Below the pieces are notes generated by a model. The model was not told the origin of the DNA and did no database searches. It saw only the letters and a list, made by a program, of their open reading frames with translations. Shown here piece after piece: positions 53,465 to 64,000 of a stretch of DNA of 64,000 nucleotides (position 1 is its first letter; the number at the start of each line of letters is the position of its first letter). The stretch spans positions 1,798,001 to 1,862,000 of the forward strand of contig JAYWIR010000016.1 in NCBI GenBank assembly GCA_036172245.1, given 5' to 3'. Source of the stretch: Raillietiella orientalis (taxonomy: Eukaryota). The position numbers and the translations under genes are program-made.

Positions 53465-56400
53465 GGGCTGTCTGCGCATGCCCGAGCCGCCGGGACGAGG
53501 AGGTGGAGGAGGAGGAAACCCGATGCGTTTCGCGCCTCCCCTCCCCCTCCGCATCACGAAAGGGTGACTTTCTCTCTCCCAGGACACGGCACCCACGCCA
53601 CTCGCAAGCGGCGGCGCTGTTGCTCGGCCGGCGCCATGCAACGCGGACGCCGCGCGAGCGAGCGAGGCAAGCCACCCCACAGCTGAGCACTGATTACCCT
53701 CCCCCTCGCCCACCTCCCCGGAGGAGGATTCCCGAATGCGAGTGCGGGAGCACCAGCAGACGTGGAAGGTGGCAGAGCAGGCGGACGGTGCCGCTGGTTC
53801 GCGTCGTGTTCGCGAGGCGGCGCCTGCGCGCTGCGAGCTCCAGAGCGCGCGCGCCGCCTCGCGGCCGAGCGCCCCGTGAGGAACCGACTGACTGACTGCC
53901 GGGCGTGCTCCCCCTCCCCCCGCTTACATCCCCCCGCAGCCAGCCAGCCAGACGTCCTTCCCTTTCGGCGCTCCAGAAGCTGCAGCCCTTCCCAGATCGG
54001 GTTGAACTGCGCCCCGTTTGTTGTTGTTTTCTCTCGCTCGCGCCCTGCCCCCGCACCCGGGCGCACGCAGCGGAAACTGCCGAGCTCGGGAGCGGCCGCA
54101 CGGAACAATCCCCTCTCTGTTGCCGCGGAAACCGTCGGAGAACGGTTGCTTACGCCTCTGCTGGCGCCTCCTTCCCCTGCAGGAGGAGCCTCACTTACAC
54201 GGGGGAGCCGCGGGGAAGCCCTGAATTCTCCCGGAACGTCTCGCCAGGAGTTGCTACGGTCTCGAGCGGCTCTCCTTCTCTCTCCCTCCCACCCCGGCTT
54301 CCCCGAACCCTAAGGGGTGGGTCCAAATGGGGAAGTCGCTTTCTTCGCGCCGGGGACGTTCCTTCGGCCCTCGGGGTCCTAGAATCCTCTCTGACTGCTG
54401 GCTCCGTGGGCCTCCGACCTCCATCCGGAAATATCGCTCTAAGAAAGGATCTCTCCTGCCCCTCTGCTCCGCCTCCACCACCCCGTTTCTACCCTCCCTC
54501 GCCTCGCTTCCCTTTCTTCGTCTCCCCTTGAAGCGGACCGGTCGGGATCGAATCCGGGACGCAAGAGGGGGGAGCTCTCTGGAGAGAAAAGGATGGAAGG
54601 TTGGGGGATGGAGATGCGGCCCCGGTTCCGAAGGACGAGCGCCCGGGGAATGACGGGAAATTTCCTATCCGAGGGTCCTTTTCTCTCGCCCATGCGGAAT
54701 CTGTTTGTCGGGGATGCAAGCGGCATCCACTCCGGGAAAGAAGAAAGGAAAGAGAGGGGGGAATTCGCGCTTTCCTGCTTCCTAGGCGACGGGCGTTCCC
54801 CGAACTCAGGAATCGCCCGCCTCGGCAACGGGATTGGTCGGGAAGAGGGAGAGGGGACGGGGGGGGGGGGGGCAGGGAGCGCTTGAACGCCCGGCGACGG
54901 TATGGTGGTTGGCGGCGGCGGCCGAGTGCTGAGACCACGACCTGGGATCGAATCCCCAGGCACCTCGGAGCGGGTCCCGCAGGAAGCGAGACGAACGTCT
55001 GCCTCCTTCGCAACTGGCGTCCTCCTCCTCCCCGCCAGCCCTGGTGGGGATCAAAGGCCGCGTCCCCTCGCTTTCGACATGATGGCTCCTTCCCTCCCGG
55101 CTCCGGGACTTATTCTCGGTTGTTCCAGTGCGCGGTTTCTGGGCGTTCGTCGGCTGCCGGTCCGCCCACGCGGGTGCGGGCGAGCGCGAGTGCGCTCACG
55201 CAGCGGACCGGCGCTGCGTGCGCAGGTGACATGCAGCGGGCACTCCGCTCTCTGCGCCGCGGGCATCGAGCGGGATCGCAAATCGAGTGCCGCATCCTCC
55301 TTTCCTCTTCCTCCTCCTCCTCCTGTTCAACCCCCTCGTGATTGGCGGGCGCAGTATCCGCCTCTGCTGCTCCTGCGAAGAGAAAGCCGGTGAGGATGAA
55401 GCACAGATGCGGAACGCCGATGGCTATCTCCCATCTCGGCTCACTCACGATGGCAGGGATAAACGCGCGCCAACACTCCAGGAGCGGAGCCAACGAGAGC
55501 TCGGCGGAGGATCCTCCTCAGCCTCCTCTGGAAGAGTCGAGGTCTCCGGACGAGGCCGGGGAGGAAGGGATGCGAAGCACCTACGGGTTCTCCCGCAACT
55601 GGGGACGGGGGACGCTCCTTCTTTCTGGATGAAGAGCCGGGAGGATCGGATTCCCGGCGGTTGACGTGACTGAGTGCGTGCTGCCGTCCGGTGGCGCACC
55701 CCTGAACACGACAGCCGCCCCCTATAACGCGCCTTTTAGACGGGACGTGAAGGCTACCGGGCGGAATCTCAAAAGGAGCCGAGTTAGTGTGCGGGAGGTG
55801 CCAACATCCTCGAGTGCGGGACAGGAAGCGCCGAACGCATCCTCCGGAAGTTACCGGAGGGTCCATGGACGTCGACATCGGGATGGCAGCGAACTTCTTG
55901 GCGGATCCTTCCCACTGCACGCGGGATAAACCAGCGCCTCGAGGGGTCCCCTTTTCGTAATGCTAGCTGGCGTGGTGGGAGGGCAGCCTGGTGGCTGCCC
56001 TTTCAGGCTGGAGCCATAAGTTTCCGGAGTGCCGCAGCAGGAGGTCACGGGCCCCAAGACTCGCTCTTCCTCTCCGGAAGAGGCGCGTCCCCAGAGAGGG
56101 ATGGACTTGTCCAGGACTTGCCATTCAACCGCAGGCAGAATGGTCTGGAATAGGGCTGCCAGACCAAGGAGCTGACCAAGGGGTTTCCCTTGGTCAGCTC
56201 ATCGCTTTTCCGATGGGCCTTCGAATAGCACCTCCATCTGCAAGCTCTTCCTTGGTCACTCTGTCCACGACCACCTCGCTGCTTCAGGGAGCCCCTGGAC
56301 TCCTTCACGCGCGTTCTTCGCCACACGCGTCGCAATGTCCTCAGTGCCCTCGCTGGATGAGTAGTATTATCCCCAACTCCTCTCCCATGTCTCCACCCCT

Positions 56401-56534
56401 GTTGGCGCAGGAACGTAGGCGTGCCGGGAGCAGTTCCCGATCTTCTCTTGCCTCGTTTTCCCTCACGAGAGTTTCTCCCTTTGAATAGCGGTAGATGCAA
56501 GGAAAGCGGGAGGGAAGGGCAGGGAAAGGAAGAG

Positions 56535-56743
56535 GAAGGTACTATCCCTCCCCCTCCTCCTCCTCTTACCACCCTGCCGCTCGCAAGCGCGCCAGCAGAC
56601 CTCCCAGGATCCGCTGATGGAAAAAGTCGACTTGCCGTGTCGCCCGGGACGCACGTCCCTGGGTCCCGGATTGGGAAAAGGAAGGGAAGGAGCGACAGCT
56701 CTCCCTACCAGACCTGCGCATGCGTCACCTTCGCGCCTCTCCC
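56535..56743 (+). repeat. Dispersed direct repeat copy 2 (partner 51481-51690)
   Basis: High-identity match to 51481-51690. Confidence 0.9.
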
Positions 56744-57699
56744 GCCTTTGCCCTGCCTTCCGAACCGCCACCTCGATCAGTACACCTCGTTGATTCCGCA
56801 CCGACTTCCAGTGCGCTTCCGGGAACGCTCAACGGGTTCCGCGCCACTTGATGGATCAGCCTGGGCAGAAGAGCTTGTAGCACAGGTGTGCGCGAATTGA
56901 AGGGAAAGTGAGGAAATCTCCGCCGCTGGCCCACCGGGAAAGTGGACCTCGCGGTAAGGAGGAAAAATGCCTTCTTCTTCTTCTTCCAGTTCCCGAGAGG
57001 GGATGCTGGGGAACTCCGCATCTTGGAACCAGAAGTCTGAGCGACCTGCTTGCCTGGCCTGGACGTCAAGGCCAGACGAGGCCACGCGGTGCCTCCCAGA
57101 AAGCGGTTCCGGCACCCGCACGGATCCCATCCAGGAGGGAGGGAGGCTCCAGCTCGCTGCTGCCTGACATCCCCCTATCTGCTGCTGCTTCTGACCCGCA
57201 CACCCTCCGCCCCGATGGTTGGATCCCTCGCCGACTCTCTGACACGGGCCGGAGTGGCAACGCCCGAGACGCGTTCGTTACCGAAAAGAGGGAGCTTTTC
57301 TCCCTTCGCTGGAGTACGGGCGCCGCCATCTTGCTTTTCCTGAAACAGAAGCCAGTCTCGAAAATGGCTCCGTGGACTTCCTGCTCTTCTAGCTCGACAC
57401 CTCCCGGCGCAAGCTGCCGCTTCCCCGGGAGGTGTCGAGCTCACCTTGCTGATCCGAGAGGCGAGATCGAATAGGACGCGTCAGCGGACAAGGAAGGAGG
57501 TATCAGGGAATCCGGACGAGCCGGGAGAGACGCTTTTTGCGATTCGTTCTGGGAAGTTCCGGGGAGCCTCAGTGCCTCTGCCTTTGGTTTGGAGCTCGGC
57601 TTCAGGGACTCCGGCACCGGAGATCCGGAGGGTTGGCCCACTTCACAGAGTGGCGCGTGGCGCACCAGTAGCTCGGTCCTGGTCGGGGCGGCGGCCTGT

Positions 57700-60600
57700 T
57701 CGGCGAGCTCCGACTCCGGCGATGACCTGCCTCGTAGAGCTGCAGGGTGGTCCATATGGGCCTCCCTTAGCAACTGCCTCGGAAGGCGTGCTGGATCCCA
57801 GCCGTCCTCGATGGCTGCTCGACGGCGCCGAAACGCCGTAGATCGGTGGAGATTGGCTGAAGGGCACCACCTCAGGAGCGGCGAACAGACTGCAGGAGAC
57901 CCGGGTTAGATGCTCCTTCCCCTCGTGCATCTCGATTCCAGGATTCAAAATGCGAATCGGCCCTAGGGGGCGAATGGTCTCTTCCCTACTCCATTCTCCC
58001 TCCCGCCTGTCCCTCCGTCAGACGGACTGATTCGCTGTAGCGAGGATGCTCCAGAATGGCGAGCGACCGGAATTACTCCCCCTCTATCACCACCCCACAC
58101 ATCGCTCGGGGCGCTTTGTCTGTTGGCTGGTTCGCTGATGCGCGCGCACACATGTCTGGGGCAGCAGTGAAGGAGAGGAGGAGTATGGGATGGGCCTCGA
58201 AGACCAGCAGCGTGCATGGCGCGCGTTTCCTCGGTAACGGGTAAGGAAAGGCAGGTCATGAGCCAGAAGGGAAGCAGGCAAGAAGCTTCGCTGCTGCACA
58301 TGGTGGAAGAAAATACACCTTTCCAGCCGTTGGCGCTCTCGTGGGAGGCATCCTCGCGCCGTCCACGATCACACCACTTCTCAAGGTCACCTCTGGCCAA
58401 ACCTCAGGCACGACCGAGAAGTCGGGCTCTTACTGTTCATTCCGTTGGTCACCTTCCAGCAACCGCGGGAATAGGCTATCTGACAGGGAGAGGACGTCTC
58501 CACAAGGCCTGTGCAGCAGCTCCCATCGGCCGCGGAGCCGTCTGTGCTGGCTCGATCACCTGACCACCGCGATGCACGTTACCTATTTTTGCCTGGCTGA
58601 GCTGTTTTTGACATGGCGCGCCCACAGAGAATCCCAGTAGCAGCCGGGACTTTCCTCAGCATGGCCGAGACGGCCGCGGAGAAGGAAAAGGCGACCTCGG
58701 AACGGACGCTCCCCACTGCGACATGACTCGAGGGAGAGACGGAGGGAGCACCCTCATCCATGCCTGAAGATCTTACACAGCTCTCCGGGGAAGCGGTCCC
58801 TCTTCCTTCCTTCCCCTCCCTCCCCTTCTGCAGCCCCGCACGCGCGTGAGACCAAGCGCGGTCTTCCCGAGAAGCTCATCTCCTCGAGCGTCGTCCCAGA
58901 GTAGGACGCGAGTGTAGGGTGGCCATCGCGGATCAAAAAGCTCCCAGGATGATCACCTCGCGCGCGCTTGAGTGCGTGCGTGCGTGCGTCGCAGTCCCAT
59001 GAACGCACCCTCGGTACGTTCATGGGTGATTCTAGCAATCGTCGGGACTCCCGCTGGTTGCCAGCAAGACCCTGGACCTGAGGATCGATCTCACAGAAGA
59101 AGAAGGCGAGCACGGAGGCGAGAAGACGGAACGGAAGCGATCTCGGGTCCGGGCCTGCTCCCCTTACTCAAATCCAGCACTGAAAAAGGGGAGTTGACAG
59201 GAGTGCAGATCCAGGAGTGGGATGAAGAAGCACTCTCGGGGTATGGGGTAGGAAAGTTCTCCTACCGCGTGGTGTCCTCGATTTTTGTCTAATCAGGGCG
59301 CGGAAGGATCAGAGGATGATGATCTCTGGAGGATTCCTGACCCGTCCCAACGTTCTTCGGCGCATCCTGGAGGATGAGCACCGTTCTTCCTTTCATCCGC
59401 AGTCGCCCCGCACCCCTCCCCTCCGTCTGCACCATTCTTTCCTAGCCTCCCTCCCCTCTTTTTCTCCACTGGGACTCTAGGCTAAGGAGAGGGAGAGACT
59501 CCCTCGGGAAGAGTGTTCAGCGCCATCCTCCAGCGCGCCGCGAAGAGCACCTTCGGGGAGATGAGGCCGCTCACTTTCCGAGATGAGGAGGGAAGCTGAG
59601 CGTTTCCCGGAGGTGGAAGGCACGGGATCGTTTCATCCATTCCTCTGCACATCCCGTTCTCTGCTTCTTTGGGTGGGGCTGGAGGGCGAGCACGTTCTTT
59701 AGGGTGGTCGGAGAGCAGAGCCTGGGTGCAGGAGGACGGCAAGACAGGGGAGGTTCCCCTTGACCCCAGGCGGGAGGAAACTCTCAGCGAAGAAGATCCA
59801 GCCACTCTCCTCAGCCAGGAGGAGGGAAGGGTCAGAAGGAATCGCGGCATCACCGCTGCGCCGAAATCGAAGGACCATTCCTAATACGCTCCTCCTGGGA
59901 CCCACCCGTCCCCTTGCCCCCCCTCCCAAGAAGATAGTAGGCACTCTTCGGCCTTCGTCGCATCCTCTCGGCCCTTCGTACCTCCAGGCAGGGAGGAGCC
60001 TTCCCCGAGGTCGTCTCTTCCTCAGGCAGATCACGGCTCCGGTCATTTCGCCGCGCCTCCGCACGAAGGCGAAGGAGATTGCGAGAGGCTGCTTCCATGG
60101 TCCATGCATCGCGGATCACACCCTCTTTCTTTCCCATCTCAGCTTCTGCTGAAGCCCTCGCTCGAAGCGGAATTCGGCAAGTCCGAAGTGGCCGACGTTC
60201 TTCCAAGAGAACCGCCTCGGTCCGGAGGTTCCCGGCCTCTCGCGCGAGCCCCAGCGTTCGCCGCGCCCGGGTTCGCCGGCAGAGGGAGCTCACGGGGAAG
60301 TTGCTGGAGCCGACCGCTCACAGAGCGTCCTCAGAGCTGGCACGAGTGGTTATCGGATGCGAAAGGCACGGGATCGCCCCATCCGTTCCTCTGTGCGTCT
60401 CGCTCCACGCCTGCTCGGATGGGTCCGGAGGTCGGGCGTGTTCTTGAAGGCAGTTCCCTTGGTAACGCGCTTAAATGGAGCAGGTGCTCGCACCTGATCT
60501 GAGAAGCGAGGAGGTGGTTTATCAACCAGGACGTTTATTATAAAAAAATAAACATACATATGTAGGGCGAAATGCTCAGAACCTGCTGAGCAACCGGCAC

Positions 60601-63100
60601 GCAGACCGAGGAGGTTCGCCTTGGCAGCGGAGGAGGAAGGGCAAACAAAAATAAAAATAAAACAAAAAAACATATACAAAAAAATTAGTAGGGTTAGGGT
60701 AGGGATCCCCGGGTGGTGGAGGGTGTCCTCTGCATCCCAATCCAGGATACCGGCAAGTTCGAGTGTGCTCCAGGTGGGGCCCATCTTGCTGCCGTCCGCA
60801 GAGCGAGGCAGATGGCGTCCCTATAGCGCCATCCTCTCGTGTAGCTCCAGGCCACCAGACCCCACGTAGGCAGCAAAGAGCTGCTGGGATGCGGCAAGCG
60901 AAAGGGCATCGTGCAGGAAAATTGTCCCAGAGATTGTCCCTCAGTGCACCAAGGGCCGTTGCGTAACGCAGCCAAAGGGCAGCACAGCCCACAAGCAGGT
61001 GCAAAAGAGATTCTCGCTCCCCGCACCTGCAACAATTGGGATTCACAGCCTCTTTGGTCTAGTGAGAGCGGCAGGCGTTGCACGGGAGACCCCAGTGCAA
61101 CAGAGGAAGTGCCGACTCCTGACACTTCAGCGGGAGGGCCCGGTTGTTCTTCAACGCTGGGGGCCACTCGAGGTCTTCCTGTGGGATTCCCAGCAACTCA
61201 CCCCAGTTCAGCAGTCCCTTCGGTGGGGCATTTCTGGTCGCAGCGTTCGTGAGCTGGCCCGTAGTCCTACCACCTAATTCCTTCGTTCGAAGACCGATCT
61301 CTCAACTGACCTCCCATTTGGCCTGCTGGTTACTGCCCTGGTGCTCCCTGAAAAGCAAGGAGGAGGAGAAGCGGTGGGAGCACCGGCGCGGGTGGAAGAG
61401 GCGAGGAAGAGCCGTCGTCGCCGTCGTTCGCTGGGAAGCCCCGAGTGCCAGACGAAAGGAGAGAGAGCGTATCTTGCAACCATCTCGCGGAGTCCCAGAA
61501 CCCGGGGCCCGCGCGACTCGCCAACTCGCAGACGGCAGCTGGATTTCCTCCTAAGTCTGGTCTAAGGGGATTTGCAACGGACATCCCGCGCGATGCGCTG
61601 GTCCAGTCCCACTTCTCGCTCCAAGGGGAGCCGCAGCGTCGGGCGAAGACTCGGAAGACAGCCGTCCGGTGCGCTCTCCCCTCTCCTCCACCCTAGCAGG
61701 CGCCTCCACCCACGCCTCCGTCCCGTGTCCCCTGACCCTTCCCTCCTCCGAGGTAACCCCGAGGCCCATAAGGGGAAGGGCGGGATCTTGGAGCGCGCCC
61801 TTCCTGGAACCGGCGCTTCTTCTTCCTCCTCTGCCGAATCCCTAGGGAACCGAGCCCGGGAGGAATTCGCTTCCTGCCCACCCTATTCCGGCGTGTTGCT
61901 TTCGAAGCAAGGAGGGAGCAAGCCGGGCGAATCGGGGGGAGAGCACTCCGTGAGCGGAGGCGAGCGGGAGCGCAGCTGCCGCCGCGGAGCTCCCATTATT
62001 GCAGAGGGAACAGCTTGATGTTGGCCGGGGACGGATCCAGCGACAGCTGGCGGGATACGCAAGAGCTTAATGACTCGGGAGTTGTCCCGGCTGCGACGGG
62101 AGACCGGTGCAGTGGCAGGGAGGAACCGGTGCAGGGACAGAACGGCGGGTGAGTGGGTGAGAGCCCCTGCGCCCCCCCCCCCCCTCCCTCCGAGGATCGG
62201 GAAGGCCGCCGTGGAAGCCAGAGTTCAGGGGATGAGATGGGGGGCAGGCAGGGAAGGAGCCGAGCACGCGCCCTCCTGCCAAAGGTCGAGCAGGGGGGCG
62301 GTTCTTTTCTCGGGACCATTGGAGGAGATGCGAGGGGGCTGAGAGACTGTTTTCCTGTACACAACCGCTCCCCTTCGCGGCCGGCTGGCTTGAGGATCGG
62401 TGACTGCGTGCTCAAGTGCACACACACGGGGCGAAGATAGGTCCCCGGCCCACGTCGAGACTGCGGACAATCCGTTCCGCAGGCCCGATTTCCTCGTCCT
62501 CCTGCACTCCCGGAGTCTGGGGGGGATCTCACGGGGAAGCGCGTTCACCCGGTTCCATCCCGCGGACTCCTCCCGGGGCGCTCGTAAAGGCGGTAGCGTT
62601 GCCTCGGGATACCTCGAGAAAATTCGGAGACCCCTCGCGCGCTTCCCTACCGGTGCAACCCCCCATCTGCCTGCCAGCTGCTGGCACGCCGCCATCTTCC
62701 CGGTTTGCCGGACCCGACCTCCGGAACGAGACACCTGGCATCCGCGGGGAGCGTCTCCGAGGAATGCGCCCTCCGGATGGTCCGCGCCATATGCTTCTGG
62801 GATGCTGCAGTGGATCTGGACCACGCGCACCCCGGGGGCGCTCCAGGTGCTCGGCGATACCCCTCTCTCCCCCCCCCCTTACCTTAGGATTGCCGCCGAG
62901 AAGAGTGCTCGCCTCCTCGGGTCCACCAACGGCTTCCTTGCCAGTGGCCACCACGAAGCAGTGGGGGCGTCCAAGAGAAAAGGGCGCGGAGGCCAGAAGG
63001 ATCCGATCGCAACCGCCGTCGTGCCCATGCGGGGTCCGGAGAAGCGTCCGAACGAGAACGTGGAGCAAGACGGAGCTTCAGGGCAGCTGCCTACAAAGTA
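57700..63100 (-). mobile_element. Highly degenerate RNase H-containing LINE (I-group-like) remnant, interrupted by the Tx1-like fragment
   Basis: Minus-strand fragments in ORF2 order: AYGADH (~62790, endonuclease SDH-like), EEI..AAVCELASRAGPG (~61500-61560, RT N-terminal APG motif), VLGMV (~59880), SFRALIRQK and SALLSTP (~59190-59310, thumb), STDGSAADG, KVYFL and LHCCPRHV..ISEPAN (~58120-58550, RNase H-like). Each match is weak; their order is the main support. Confidence 0.4.
60530..61280 (-). mobile_element. 5'-truncated non-LTR retrotransposon 3' fragment (Tx1/L1-like zinc knuckle and 3' UTR)
   Basis: Minus strand WGELLGIPQEDLEWPPALKNNRALPLKCQESALPLLHWGLPCNACRSH*TKEAVNPNCCRCGERESLLHLLVGC (zf-RVT-like CCHC), then a T-rich 3' UTR ending in AATAAA (60534-60539). 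Confidence 0.7.
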
Positions 63101-64000
63101 GGTAGTCACCGGGCGAGGTGAGGGGGTGGAGGGGGAGATGCCCTCGCTTCCTCCTCCTACCCCATGCTCCTCCGTTCCCACACGATTCGGGAGTCTGGGA
63201 ATCGCGGACACCACTGTGAAGTCTGTATAACCCCACGCCTGCCGACCGATCCACCTATTGCCCTTCCCTTCCCAATTCTCTCCTATTCACGTCCCCGGTG
63301 GGGTATCGATCCTTCTGTGTGGACCCGGTCCGGTACCGATCTTCATTTTCTTTTTCCGGTCCCAACGTGCTCCGGAAGTCTGCAGCTGCCTAACTCTCTC
63401 GCGTTGGATCGTTTCCAAGGCGCTCGTCTCCGCGGGGTCGGCGCAGCACATGGACCGCCGCGGCGGCAGCTTGGCCGGAGCCGGCAAGGAGACCCCTCGA
63501 CATGTTGTGCTCCTCCCTCCAAAACCGACGACGACGACGACGACGACGACACGGGTCTGAGGGACATGTGCGATGCACAATAGGGCGAGGGCAGCTGGCG
63601 CCGGCGGCTTGGGGAGGAGTTACCGATTCGACAGAGCGCTAGTGCCGCCCCAGGTACTGACTAGCATCATCGAGTCTCCTCGGACAAGCGTCCACAGCGA
63701 CGAATAGCGTTTCATCTCCACGCGTCCCGGCCCTCACCTTCGATGTCAGGAGGAGAGCGGGAATCACCGTGGCAATGCGACGCCCCTAACGAACGGTATG
63801 ACGCGGAGGGGGAAACTTCCGAGGATAAAGACTCGGCGTACCGCTGGTCCACACCCTCGCTCCGGTGCAACCTCCAGCAATGGCGGCCTCTGCACCGATC
63901 CGTCGTCAGCAGGCACTTTCATTCCTCCCCGCTCTGACGCAACGGAATCTGCAGCAGCCAGACTCGGCATCCGCTGGTCCAGGCCGACTCCATGTGTGTC

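Noticed and set aside
56250..56290. Minus-strand VVVDRVTK as a gypsy integrase motif
   Set aside because: Isolated short match with no supporting DDE context.

Overview
GC-rich eukaryotic genomic DNA, most likely arthropod, with abundant CpG. Nearly all ORFs in the supplied track are spurious. The window is dominated by one complete minus-strand conventional protein kinase C gene (Pkc53E/PRKCA-like, C1A-C1B-C2-kinase), which I reconstructed from ATG 53347 to TGA 10571 as 14 phase-compatible GT-AG coding exons (2001 nt, 666 aa). The most striking feature is a duplicated exon 4: two 112-nt, same-phase exons (43517-43628 and 42622-42733) encode alternative versions of the C1B diacylglycerol/phorbol-binding domain and must be mutually exclusive. 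They differ at the position-22 affinity residue (Tyr vs His). PKC intron 6 holds a U6 snRNA-derived copy with a 3' tail and poly(A), lying between (CA)n tracts. Intron 10 holds two inverted-repeat pairs. Downstream of PKC (1-8 kb) are decayed, apparently intronless plus-strand remnants of a bHLH-PAS gene (NPAS4/dysfusion-like) and a polypeptide GalNAc-transferase. Upstream (57.7-63 kb) is a very old RNase H-bearing LINE interrupted by a Tx1/L1-like 3' fragment. All homology calls come from motif recognition by eye; no searches were run.
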